Of a stretch of DNA of 64,000 nt, positions 12,324 to 24,721 are shown one piece after another. Numbering within the stretch: the first letter of the stretch is position 1; every line of letters starts with the position of its first letter. The stretch comes from Guillardia theta CCMP2712 (Eukaryota; Protista; Cryptophyta): contig NW_005434664.1 of NCBI RefSeq assembly GCF_000315625.1, forward strand, positions 969,424 to 1,033,423. The letters run 5' to 3'. The translations under genes were made by a program, and so were the position numbers. The notes beneath the pieces are model-generated. The model was not told the DNA's origin, did not search any database, and saw only the letters and a list, made by a program, of their open reading frames with translations.

Positions 12324-13733
12324 ATGGTGAGGCTCGATCAAAGAGGAAGAGGAAGAGGAAGAGGAAGAGGAAGAGTAAGAGTAAGAGTAAGAGTAAGAGT
12401 AAGAGTAAGAGAACGTGAGGTTCTGACTCAGTGATGCTGATGCTGAGGAGAAGACACTTGAAAAGGTTTTGCACCTCTGCGCCCTCTCTTCCTGTGCGTC
12501 ATGTGAACGTTTTTCTTTCCTTTCTCTTCCACCACAATCATGATTTCCATGAATTGCTTGCTAAGCCATTTCCTTATGCCCGGTTCAACATGGAAGTAGA
12601 TTGCCGTCACCTAGAATGTTACTAGGCAGAGTTGGACTCGCAGACCTTTGTTTTCGTTGAATGCTCACGACAATTTGTGCAGACTTCGATCAAGGACGCA
12701 ATCAAGAACTTTGTAAGATCGATCTCAACGCACTTCTCATATCATCGCTGTTGACGAGCTGCAAACGCCACAGGAAACAAAGAGCGGCACCCCCGAAGAA
12801 CCTTGTGTGGCGGCAGAGCAGGAGAAAGTCCTCCTCTTCGGGCAGATGCCTCCCATCGTCAAGATGGACAACACCCTGTTGTCACTGACAACTTCTTCCT
12901 GCTCGGTTGACTCGTTGTGGTCAGATCGACCTTGAAGGCATGCAAGCATCTTGCCCTGTCTTCCAACTGCATCGAGAAGATAACGGGCATCAAGGGATGC
13001 GGTAGGACTACAAGCTGATTGCCCAAAGTCGTTGGGAGGGATTGATGGATTCACAGAGTCACTAGAGGTTCTTTCTCTCGGTAGGAACCAGATCAAGAAG
13101 CTCGATGGGGTGGAGGACGTCTCGGAGACTCTGCAAGAGTTGTGGATCTCGTACAACCTGCTCACGTCGTTGCGAGGAGTCGAGAAGCTCTCAAAGCTTC
13201 GGTAGACTGAAACTCACCAGTGCCAGGCTGTTTACTCTTGACCTGCGCTTCAGGGTCTTGTACGTTGCAAACAACCTTGTAGCCAAGCTTCCTGAGCTTG
13301 ATGTCCTCAAGGAATGCAAGTTGCTTGAGGTTTCTCCAGCTTTGATTTGCTTGTGGGAGTCTCAAGCGTAATTGAAGGAGCTTCTGTTGGTTGGAAATCC
13401 TATCTGGGATGAACTGTCCAAGCCTGGAGGACCAGAAGACTTTAGAGAGCAGATCGCTGGGCGGGTATGCCGAGAGGGAGGAGGAGGAGGAGGAGGAGGA
13501 GGAGGAGGAGGAGGAGGAAAAGGTTGAGGGAGGGGAGGGGGGAGATGGAGAGGTGGGGATGGAGGTCAAGTAAGTGTTGGTGTAGTGGAGGAGGGTCAGG
13601 AGTAGAGAGGAAGGCAGGGGAGAGGAAGAATCGTATCTTACAGTACAACGAGCAGGTTCCTTGGCTGAAGAAGCTTGATGGCTCTCCCTTGACTGAAGAA
13701 GAGAAGACGGCAGGAGCTGAAAAAGTTCCATAA
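12324..13733 (+). CDS. DNAL1: Axonemal outer-arm dynein light chain 1 (LC1, leucine-rich repeat)
   Basis: Spliced protein TSIKDAIKNF...[37 protein letters not shown]...LEVLSLGRNQIKKLDGVEDVSETLQELWISYN...VLYVANN...LLLVGNP...VPWLKKLDG follows LC1 end to end. The ATG|gt start at 12324 is inferred. Confidence 0.95.
12341..12410. repeat. (AAGAGG)n(AAGAGT)n compound hexamer repeat in the presumed first intron of DNAL1
   Basis: Directly visible. Confidence 0.9.
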
Positions 13734-14078
13734 GGAGCCGATGATACAGCCATCTTCACCAGGGAAGCCATCGAGCAAATTCATCTCTCTATCGCCACCT
13801 TTCGCTCTCCTCTTTGCTCCCCAAAGCCGCATAATGCAACGTGTCATTGCAGCAGACGTGCTTCAAAATCCTGCTGACATCCCCTTCAAGTCTCATTCAA
13901 CTCTGCTCGAAATGACAAGCACAGACTGTGAAAACATGCTGGACAGAACTCAGCGGAATGCGAGAGGTCATCCTCACATTTGAGATTATTAAAACAAAAA
14001 AAATGCCTATAGAACACGAAATCGAACAGATTGACCAGTCTTAACGACATTCGAGCTCTTTCCTTCACCTATCTTCCT

Positions 14079-14663
14079 TCACAAAACGAAGTCGAGCACA
14101 TCTTCAGTCGCCCCCATGGTAACGTCAGTTTGCTCGTCGTCATCAGGAGCAAGAGGCTCTCGCTCCTGTAAACCCCACACTTTGGACGCAGTGACATTCG
14201 ACTCTTCATCTTCCCCCTCATTCAAGTTCTCTTGCAGGTCGCTCGTCACCGCTGCAGGCTCGCAGGGAATGCCGTCTTCACCGCTCCGCTCCTCAGCACA
14301 AGAATCGTCTACACTCTCTCTATCGCCCCCCAGATCAGCTTGAAACGTTGTCGGAGAGTATCTCCGGAGCAAGACAGACGGTGGCAGCTCCGCAGTCACA
14401 GGCATGCAAGGAGAGCAAGGCCCCCAGTTGCCTTCTTCGCCCATACCATCGCACATCATGGCTGAAGACATTGACCAACATTCAGAAAGAGCTGGATAAT
14501 CTCCTTGCTGCACTCCAATCCACCCTCCTGCTGGTTGTTTCCAATGCATACCTTTCACGCCATGCACATCCTCCATGCTCTTGGTGCGAGGGACCTTCGT
14601 GCTAGTGCGACATGGCGGGAGGATGCCAGCTCGCTTTTTGCAATCCAATCTTGGGGCAGCCAT
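14079..14663 (-). CDS. Intronless hypothetical protein with an acidic C-terminus
   Basis: Open frame of about 195 codons from MAAPRLD... in non-repetitive sequence; no domain recognised. Confidence 0.55.
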   Translation of the reverse strand: MAAPRLDCKKRAGILPPCRTSTKVPRTKSMEDVHGVKGMHWKQPAGGWIGVQQGDYPALSECWSMSSAMMCDGMGEEGNWGPCSPCMPVTAELPPSVLLRRYSPTTFQADLGGDRESVDDSCAEERSGEDGIPCEPAAVTSDLQENLNEGEDEESNVTASKVWGLQEREPLAPDDDEQTDVTMGATEDVLDFVL

Positions 14664-16179
14664 TCTTCGTGAACTCGATTCAAGCTCGCAATGGCAGCTA
14701 GTCGATCGTATGCATACGAAGACACGGCTGCGAGGCATTGGTCAGCAAACAGACTTGGTGAATGCAAAAACGCGGCACATCAAAAATGTCTGCACTCCAA
14801 ACAACTCGAGTTTTCAACAGCATGTCCATTGAGTAGATATTCCAACCCTAATCATTACCTAGCAACGTTTATGAACATCTCATAATGAGATTAAACTGTT
14901 CAAAACCGATGGAAAGGCCCAACAGGGATAAAGCACTCAATGAGTACATTGATTTCTAGCTAACAAAATTCAAATTTTCCTTCTCACCACATTGAGGGAG
15001 TTTTCTGCCCTGACCTCACTAGCGTGATGATCATCCGAGGATCGTATTCTATTCTTCAAGCAATCTCCTCAACACATCGATAACCTTCTCTACTTTCGCT
15101 CGTCCACCTTTGAACCTTCATGCCAACTCAAAGGGTGTAGATGCATGTAACATCTTGAGGACACGGGGGTACTGTTTGTGCAGAGTCCATTACTTCACTG
15201 TCCTTCACAGCAACCCTCTCCAACCCAGATCGCCTCTTCGTCTGTTCCCACACCGATTCCACTCCTTGAACTGAACTATGAAGTAATGAAGCATTATTTA
15301 CTACATTCTTCATTTGCATTGCTTGTTCACAATAATCAAGTCCCTTCCCCTCCTCTGTTTCTATTCGCCTTTCCCTCATGCCATGCGTCTGTCTGCATTC
15401 TATCTCTCATCCCCCCCCCTCCCCTCCCTCCTCCTCCCTTCCCCTCCCTCTCCCCCCCACTGCCTGCTGGTCTTTGCCTGCGCCATGTTTGTGCTCGAGG
15501 AGAAGAGCATGCAACGGTACGGCAGGGTAGGGGTGGTGAGGGTCCGGGTAGGGTCCCAAACCCTGCAACTAGTTTCAAGGGGTCTAGAGGCGAGTAGGGT
15601 GGGGGTACTGTTTCATCCTAAGGTACTCAGATATGTCATTTGACGATTGATGTGGGGTACTAGTAGGTGAGGGGTCAGCACAAGCTAAAATGAAAAGGAG
15701 ATAATGAAAACATATTATCAAGAGTATTATAAAATAGAGAGACTATATGGCGCATCCTAAAATACTTGGAGAAAATTCTCTTGATTTAGGGTAGGGGTAT
15801 AATAAAAGGGGGTGAGTGAAGAATGAGGGGGGGGGTTATCTATCAGAGGGCAGGATGTGTGGTTATTATAAGGGGGTAGGGTAGTAATCCAAGGGGGTGT
15901 GTCCATCTCCTCGTGTACGAGAAGGGGTGGCATGAGGAGGGAGAGGAGAAAACAAGGTGAGGGTGGGGTACTTCGAGGTAGGAGAATTTAGGTGGTCGAA
16001 GGGTACGGTGGTACAATAGGAAAAGAGTGGCGTGGGGTGTCTGGGGGGGGGGTGGGTGGTTTGACCGAGGGTCTCCCTGTTGGCAATTAGGGAAACAGAG
16101 ATGGTGGGGTATTATGTACGGGTCTTTTGGAAGGCCAAACAAGGGGTAGTGCTTAATCTCAAGCTTCAGAGGGGGTGGG

Positions 16180-16490
16180 TCTACCCGGCCGGGCCGGCGG
16201 CTGAGTGAATCGACTCCAGCGGCCCCCGTCGGGCCGGCCGCCGGTCACCGCGGGCCGCGGCCTGACCCGGCAGCAGTGGCGGCAGGCTCAGAGCCTCCGT
16301 GAGCTGCGGCTTGTGGGCTGCGGGCCGCAGTGGCTCGCTGATCACGGCTCGGAGCCTCGGAGTGGCATCCGATGACCACTGTCAGTCATCGGATCATGTG
16401 GCCCGCGGCGCCGGGCCGCCAGGCGTCCGACCGGGGCGTCGCCGTGCGTGGCCGAGTACCATGACGTGACCGGCGGGTCAGCCTCGGCGA
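16180..16490. promoter_or_regulatory. GC-rich island between the UFL1 3' end and the upstream region of the 14.1-14.7 kb gene
   Basis: Composition and words (gactc, gtcac, ccggg, gtac) resemble the other islands. Confidence 0.4.
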
Positions 16491-16581
16491 TGTCCTACAC
16501 ACCGGTGCCATTGAAGGCTCCTCCGAGCTCCTCCTCTACCTCCACCTCCTCCAAGAATGTGCTCGGCCTTGACCACTGGGT

Positions 16582-17758
16582 TCATTTTTCTGAAGACACG
16601 CATGCCTTGCTCAGACCCTCCTTAGTGCTCGCCAAACTTCGCACAGTCTCGCTGAGAGCAGCAGCCTGCGTTGAGAGTCAAGTCACGATCCTCTACCCGC
16701 CTCCTCTTCCTCTCGGACCCTTCTTCACGGTCTCAGCTCCGGTCCTCATTGCCAAGACCTCCTCCCCAAACTATTCTCCGCGCCTTCCTCCCTGTTTCCT
16801 CCTCCCCCCTGTTTCCTCCTCCCTGTTTCCTCCTCCTCCTCTCACCTCTGCCATGGCAGCTTCGTCACCCCCGTCGCTGTTGAGTATCTTTACCACGAGC
16901 TGCCAGCAGGTAAGAAGACATCTCCTCCTCCTCCTCCTCCTCCTCCTCCTCCTCCTCCTCCTCCTCCTCCTCCTCCTCCTCCTCCTCCTCCTCCTCCTCA
17001 CCTCCTGGAAGGAGCTCAGAGTCCCCGCGGCCTCCTGCGTCAGGCTCGGCTGAAGTTTCTGCAGCAGCAGAGTGAGACAAAGAAAAGGATAGCGAAAAGG
17101 GGGATAAGACGAATGGAGGGAGGGGAGGAGGCGAAGGGGAACGAGGGGGAACGAGGAGGAGACGAGGTGAGTCAGAGAAGAGGATAGGAGAGGGAGGACA
17201 GGAAGAGGAAGGGAAGGGAGAGCCGGAGAGGAGAGGAGTGGGAGTAGGNNNNNNNNNNNNNNNNNNNNNNNNNNNNNNNNNNNNNNNNNNNNNNNNNNNN
17301 NNNNNNNNNNNNNNNNNNNNNNNNNNNNNNNNNNNNNNNNNNNNNNNNNNNNNNNNNNNNNNNNNNNNNNNNNNNNNNNNNNNNNNNNNNNNNNNNNNNN
17401 NNNNNNNNNNNNNNNNNNNNNNNNNNNNNNNNNNNNNNNNNNNNNNNNNNNNNNNNNNNNNNNNNNNNNNNNNNNNNNNNNNNNNNNNNNNNNNNNNNNN
17501 NNNNNNNNNNNNNNNNNNNNNNNNNNNNNNNNNNNNNNNNNNNNNNNNNNNNNNNNNNNNNNNNNNNNNNNNNNNNNNNNNNNNNNNNNNNNNNNNNNNN
17601 NNNNNNNNNNNNNNNNNNNNNNNNNNNNNNNNNNNNNNNNNNNNNNNNNNNNNNNNNNNNNNNNNNNNNNNNNNNNNNNNNNNNNNNNNNNNNNNNNNNN
17701 NNNNNNNNNNNNNNNNNNNNNNNNNNNNNNNNNNNNNNNNNNNNNNNNNNNNTAGGAT

Positions 17759-17828
<70 letters not shown>

Positions 17829-17844
17829 GCTGATAGTGATGCTG

Positions 17845-17889
<45 letters not shown>

Positions 17890-20032
17890 ATGATCGCTGA
17901 GATGATGATTATAGTGATGATGATAACGACGAGCAGTACTCACCTGGCGATCCTCTGCAGTTGCCGAGAAGGAGATCCCATGAGCTTTGCACTTCCCCAG
18001 CAAGTCAATTGTCTTTCAGTCGTGTTGATGCAAAAGATTTCTCACCTGGCTCTCGAGCACAAGGTTGACAATATCCGTACAGAGAGTTTTCAAGAGGTAC
18101 CTGAACAAACTATCAGATGGTGCTGCCGAGAAGAAAGGAGGGAGGAGGAGGAGGGAGGAGGAGGAGGGAGGAGAGAGGGCAAGAAGAGATGGGGGCGAGA
18201 AGAGAATGGAAGTAGGGGGATAGGGAGCGGAAGAAGAGGGAGAGGAAGCAAATGTGGAGACAGAAGAGAGGGAGGGAGGAGGTTGAGGAGAGGAGATTCG
18301 TTTTGTTCTCACTTCTCCATCGCCGCGGCTGTTTCGTCCGAAAAGAACGAGATCCCCTGCATGAGCGTGAGAAACGAGGAGGAGATGAAGAGAAAGATGA
18401 CGATCAAAACAAACAGGTGGATCGATAGCTGGAAGGCAGGGGAGGGGAGGGAGGGGAAAGGAGGGGACCTTTCGGAAGAGGGAGAGCTGCTGGTATAGAA
18501 GGACAAACTTTGACTGCAACTCATCGTTCTTGACTCTCTTGGTCGCTGAGGATGTGAAGAGAGAGTTTGCAATCTCATGGTAGATCTGCAGAGCAAGACA
18601 TGTCAACCTTCTTGACGTGCTCGTTACATCCTCCTGCTTACATCTTTAGCTTTTGACCGCAAGGAGACGACAACTTCTTGTATGAAATCTTCACTTGCAA
18701 AATCCTTGGAAAGAAAGTTCACTGTCAGCGATGGGGTATGGAAAGCAATGAGAGAGGTGCGAGGTCGGATTGAACGGCGAGTCATCCAAGATGAAGAGGT
18801 GAGTTGAGGTGCAAACGAAGTAGATGACATGTGAGAGAAGAGATGGGGAGATCAGAACATCTGAAACATGTTGGATGAGATGGGAGGGGATGGATGAGCA
18901 AGTAGTCAGGTGCTGGTGAATACCATCTCATGGTCATCAGAAGAAGACTTTAAGAAGTCTTTGACAAATTTTGAGGTTTCTGAGCACGTTGCTAGTCAGA
19001 TACAAGAACAGCAGGAGGAGAACAACAAGAGAGAAAGAAGGAGGGAAAGGAAGAGGGAGAGGAGTAAAACGAGGAGGAGAACGGAAGAGAGAAGAGGTGA
19101 GAGCAAGTTCAAGATCAAGTAATTCAAACAACTTGACATTTCAAATTACCTCCATCATAGTCGAAAGAGCTTCCCTGCTGCTGCTTCCCCCCCTTGTCTA
19201 TCTTCTTGGCCGAGCTCTCGTCTCCTCCTCCTTTTCCTTTCTTCTCCTTCTGCTTCGCTGCTGCTTCCTGCGCATGCTGGTTATACTGCTGCTGCTGCTG
19301 CTCGTCCTCCTCCTCCTCACCTTTAGTTCTTGTCTCTTGCTTCCTTTGCCCTTCTTCCCGTCTTCCTCCTCCTCTTCGACCTCCTTCACATTTTTCTTTC
19401 CTCCCTGTAGAAGGCACGAGTAAAACCCCTCCTTCTTCCTCCCCCTCCTCTGACGATCATTCACCTTCTTCTTTCCCCTACCCCCGTCGTCATCGTCGTC
19501 GTCGTCCTGTGCAGCAGCTGCGCGATCAATCAGAATCAGTCTGCTCCTGCTCCTGCTCCTGTTCCTCCTCTCGTTCCTGCTCCTTCTGCTTCTTCTGCTC
19601 CTCTTCCTCATCTCATTCCTGCTCCTTCTCGTCCTTGTACGCAACTTCTTCCTCGGCTCATCTCTCTCGAGTTTCGTTTCATTTCTTGCTTTGCCTCTCC
19701 TCCTCCCTCCCTCACCTGGGCTGACAAGATCGCTCTTGAGAGCAGCATGGAGCCTGTCCCCGTCCTGCCCCTGTGTCAGTCTATCGCCTCCTCCTCCCCT
19801 CTCCTCCCTTTCTTGTTCGCTGCCTCCCCTCCTCTCTTCTCCTCTCCTCTCCTCTCCTCCTCCCCTCCCCTCCCGTATTCACTCCTTCCCTCTCCTTCCG
19901 CTATATCCCCTTGCCTCCCGTCCTCTCACCGCTGTTGCTTTCGCCCGGATATGCTCGATGCACTGCATAAAAGTGAGGAGGAGGAGGAGGAGGAGGAGGA
20001 GGAGGAGGAGGGGGAGGAGGGGGAGGAGGAGG

Positions 20033-20067
<35 letters not shown>

Positions 20068-23000
20068 CGGGTGGAGGGGGAGGGGGGGGGGAAAGAGCGA
20101 TCTATCAAGGATAAACAGACGAGGGGGGGGCGGGGGGGCTAGAAGAGTTAGTGACTCCTTCTGGACTTTGATGACGGGAGGGAGGTCTTCACTGCTACTC
20201 CCCTGATGGTTTGTAGAACGAAGAAGTGGCCGAACGACTGCTTGAAACATAAGACAANNNNNNNNNNNNNNNNNNNNNNNNNNNNNNNNNNNNNNNNNNN
20301 NNNNNNNNNNNNNNNNNNNNNNNNNNNNNNNNNNNNNNNNNNNNNNNNNNNNNNNNNNNNNNNNNNNNNNNNNNNNNNNNNNNNNNNNNNNNNNNNNNNN
20401 NNNNNNNNNNNNNNNNNNNNNNNNNNNNNNNNNNNNNNNNNNNNNNNNNNNNNNNNNNNNNNNNNNNNNNNNNNNNNNNNNNNNNNNNNNNNNNNNNNNN
20501 NNNNNNNCTCCTCCTCCTCCTCCAGCATCTTTGACTTGGCAAACTCCTTCCCCCCTCTCGTTCCCCATCTGCCTGTCTGCCTTCTAGTTCATCTCACCTG
20601 TTCGACCAATCTGGATGAGACGAAGCAGCTCCGAAGGGCAAAACCAAGATTTCCAAACTCTTTGCTGAGGAATGACTGCAGAACAACATGGAATAAGATC
20701 GTCGTCGTCGTCGTCGTCATCATCATCAATATCGTCATATCTATCGTCGTTATCCTCCTCCTCCTCCTCCTCCTCCTCATCATCATCATCATCATCAGTT
20801 CGATGGATCACTTTTGGGTTGTTGATGAGCATTTTCTCTGCGGTGGAGTACTCGATGTATCCATTCTGATTGAAGAAATTCTTTGCCTGCACGTGGCGAT
20901 ATGAGACAGAGAACAGAAGAGAAAAGCAAAGATAATGCGGAAAGAGAAGAGACGGACAAAGTGAGGAGAGGAAGAAAGAGGAGGAAGAGGAGGGGAGGGA
21001 GAAAGAGGAGGAGGGAAAGGGAGGAAGAGGAGGAGAGAAGAGAAAGCGAAGAAGAGAGAAGAGGAAAGGAAGGAGGATGGTGGAAAGGGAGGAGGGAGGA
21101 AAGGGAGGAGGGAGGAAAGGGCGGAGGAGAGGAGAGGAAGGAAGAGGAGGAGAGAAGAGAGGGAGGTGGATGAGAGGAACAAAGACGAAGGAGGACGAGG
21201 AAGGAAAGTAGAGAGGAGGACGAGGAGATCCTTCGGACTAACCGCAGAGAGCTGAGATCGGATGAAGATTTCGGGGGTGTAAACTGCTCTCATGCCTTTA
21301 CCGCTCAACGTGCCCTGAAAGATCATGAGGAGAAGAAGTCAAGAAGGCGGACAGGAGGGAGAGATGCAAGAGGAGGAAGAAGCTATGAGGGCAGAGTAGG
21401 AAGGAGAGGAAGCTGGAAGGAGAAGGAGGTTGCGAGAGAGGTTGGGAGGATGGGGATGGGAATGGGGAAGAGCAGGCAGATGGAGAGGAGGTGGGAGGAG
21501 GAAGCAGGGGGAGGAAGAGAAGGAGGAGAGGGAGCAAGGGAGGGTCTCTTTGAGTTACCTTGATTCTTCCTTCTTTGATGAGACTTTCAACCTTCTGATC
21601 GAAGAGCGACTCGTCGAAGTAGAAGATTGACTAAGCTATGCACTCCAGGACCCTCGACTCCCCCCCCCCCGGCCTCCTTGATCCTGCTCCTGCTCCTGCT
21701 CCTGCTGCTCGTCCTCCATCCCTGTCTCCTCCTTCCCGTAATCCCCCTCCCCCCTCCTTTCCCCTCCCTTTCCCCTCCCCCTCTTCTCTTCCTCGCACCT
21801 GCAAACTGGCGAGAGTTGTGGGGCGAGTGAGGGCGCTGAACGTTCCTCGGATACAAGCTTCCTGCAAGCGTGCAACATGAGAATCTCCCTTCCTTCCCTC
21901 CCCCCCTCATACGCCGCCTCTGCCACTATCAACACTCCTTCCCTGCCCTGCCCTCCCTTCCCTCCTCGGCCTCCCACTCTCTCCCTACTTTCCTCCGCCC
22001 CCATCCCTGTGTCCAGTTCATCGTTTTTCTTCATCTCATATCGTTTTCCATCCGCACCCTCCTGCTGACACCGGTGTTGTCTGGCCCCCCTCCCCCTCCC
22101 TCCTTGCTTCACCTGTCTCTCGATGTATGTGTCAGTATACAGCATCCCCCTTCCATCCTTCCTTGCACTATGGAGCCTGCGCCGAAATATCACTCCTCCT
22201 CCTCCTCCTCCTCCTCCTCCTCACCCATTCTTCGCGATAGAGTTTCGATCAGGAATTGAGTCGTGATGCCGAATCTCGATGCCACTTCCACCAACCTTGA
22301 GCAGAGAAAATCACATCACAGAGTTTGTCCACCTCCCTCCTCCCTCCTCCCTCCTCCCTATCTCCCTTCTCCCCTCCCACCTCCTCCTCTTCTCGTACCT
22401 CAAGCTTCCACTCTCTTGAAGGATCTGATTCGTTTCCTCCGCCAGTCCATCCAAATATTCGCTGGATGAGTTTCAATATGCGAGAGAGAGACTAAGAGCT
22501 GTAGAGCTGCCCTTTTCTCTCTCCATCTCCATCCTCCCTGCTCCCTTCCTTTCTCGCCCACTCCTCCCCTCCTTCCTCTCCCTTGCTTACCTGCATCTCT
22601 ACCTCCCTCCCTCCCTCCCTCCCTCCCTCCTGCCTCTCTCTCTCCCCTCCTTCCCTCCTCTCTCCCTATCTCTCTCCCTTCCTTGCCCACTTCCCTGCAT
22701 CGCTCCCTGCCTTGCTCCTGCTTCTCTCTCGGTCCCTTCCCTTCCTTGCTCACCTGGTCAACACTTCGCCATCGATCATGGAGATGCTCGAGTCCTCACT
22801 GCCAACACGTTCAAATCTCAATGTGTACATGAGCAGAGTGTGCTGAAGGAGAATGGAGGGAGGGAGGACGAGGCCAAAACGGGGAAAGGGGCAGGAGGGA
22901 GGCGGGAGGAGGAAGGGAGGAGGAGGGGAGGCGAGAGGAGAGGAGGGAGGGAGGAGCCCCACCTAAGGATTTTGTCCATCCGATCTTGAACATGTCGAAG

Positions 23001-23789
23001 ATCGACGTTGACCGCAGTCTGAATATCTGTGATCTTCACTCTTCCTGCAAAGACAACAGTGATGAGTGCGCAAAGAAGCTGACAGAGCAAGGAGATGAAG
23101 ATGAAGATGAAGATGAAGACGAAGACGAAGACGAAGACGAAGATCAAGATGAAGATGAAGACGGTGGAGGCGATGTGATGACACTTGAGAAGGTGGGTAT
23201 TGTGGAGATCAAGATAAAATTGAGGTGGATGTGACGATGTCGTCGATGGCTATGGTTGTGGTTGTCGTGGTGGTGGTGATGATGATCATATCGAAAACAG
23301 ATGAAGATATAGTATGTCAAACTACAACTGCTGGATGGCAGCGACGAGGATGCTGAAGGAACAGGTGCAAGGAAGCTGAGTCAAGGTTTGATGTGTTACC
23401 TCCATTCACAACGATCTCATCTCGAATCTCTTTCTCAAGATGCTCCGGGGTGACATATTCATTGCCATCCTGTCATATCATGTCGGCTTCTTTCCAACCC
23501 TAGCACCTTCCTCTCCCTGCCAGCTATCCTCTATCCCCTGCCCATCTCCCGGCTCCACAGATATCTCTCTCTGCCTCTGCCTCTACCTCTCTCTGTCCCC
23601 CACCAGTCCCTTCTCACCCCCTCCCTGTCTCTTGCCTCATTCTCTCACCAGGTTAACGATGAGGGTCACAAGACCGTTGGAGAGAAGCTTGATCAGCAGC
23701 TCGCGACAGTTCCGCTCGCTCAGCCTTGGGCGCGTCTCCTGCTTCTGCACAGCTCCCAGGAGCGCCTGCAGCGCCTCGATCTCGTCCAT
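16582..23789 (-). CDS. UFL1: E3 UFM1-protein ligase 1
   Basis: N-terminus MDEIEALQ...RLSERNCRELLIKLL, then DGNEYVTPEHLEKEIRDEI, GRVKITDIQTAVNVDL, IRGTFSALTRPT, NFFNQNGYIEY and YLLKTLCTDIVN, all UFL1 blocks. About 20 exons and two gaps; the last exon (AAALSETVRSL...SSEK*) is inferred. Confidence 0.93.
17759..17893. repeat. (GAT)n/(GCT)n trinucleotide tract in a UFL1 intron
   Basis: Directly visible. Confidence 0.9.
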
Positions 23790-24000
23790 GGCGGCTCCTC
23801 CAACGATGTGATGCCAGCAGACCAGCAGGAACCTGTCGACCACGTCGCACGATCAGCTTGCTGATGACAAAAAGGTCGCATGCCTGGTATGTTATACAAC
23901 TTGGTTTGCTTGCTCTCTTCCTTTGTGATATGTAGGACTCTCTCTACTGCCCTGCTCTTTCTGCTCAGCTCTGCAGTTCTCTGCTCTGCACCTCTCTGTC

Positions 24001-24080
24001 ATGACCTGCTCGGCTACCTGCATACTCTGCCATGCTCTGTGATGACCTGCTCGGCTACCTGCATACTCTGCCATGACCTG
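24001..24080. repeat. Two-copy 41-bp tandem repeat in the UFL1/ankyrin divergent intergenic region
   Basis: atgacctgctcggctacctgcatactctgccatg occurs at 24001 and 24042. Confidence 0.85.
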
Positions 24081-24721
24081 TCATGACCTGACCTGCTCTC
24101 GGCTCTCCCCTTCACTCGTGAATTCCAGTCCACCTTCGCCACGATGATTTCGCAAGAGGTTGTGTAGGGGGGTACCCACTACACTTGTAGGGGTGGGGGT
24201 AAATAATTTTCAAATATATATGTTTTTATCTCTTTTTATTTGAAGTTTAGTTGATAATTAGTGGTAAATACTAAAACATTTTTCAAGTCGTCCTTTACAT
24301 GGGGTAGGGGTGCTCCTAGGAGGGGATACCATGTCATTGAGGAAACTCGACACGGCCGCCTCTAGTCGGCTATTCATCACCCTCATATCCCTCGACTCTT
24401 GCAAGTCGCCGGGCGAGTGACCTTCTCTCAGTATTCTCGGAGTCGCAAATGGGCCCGGCAATGCATCGCACTCAGCAATGAGACCCGTCCTCGCAGCGCA
24501 CCGCCATGCAGGAAAGGCGCGGCTGTAGTGATAGCTAGACGTCCTGCCCTCCTTGTTTGATCATCTTCTCCTTCTCCCCTTCTGTTTCACCACTCAACTC
24601 TCCTCTCTCCGCTCTCCTCTCCGCTCTCCCCCCCCCCCCCTTGTTTCTCCACTCTTCTGGCTGCTGTTGCCAGCATCGCAGTTCAAATCATTCAGAGCTC
24701 TGCTACACGGACCAACGCACC

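Noticed and set aside
15780-15900. Telomere-like ttaggg words in G-run blocks
   Set aside because: Isolated words only, with no tandem telomeric array.
16448-17053. 201-aa plus-strand ORF after a GC island
   Set aside because: It is antisense to the last UFL1 exons and padded by (CCT)n; the minus-strand reading has splice sites and UFL1-like content.
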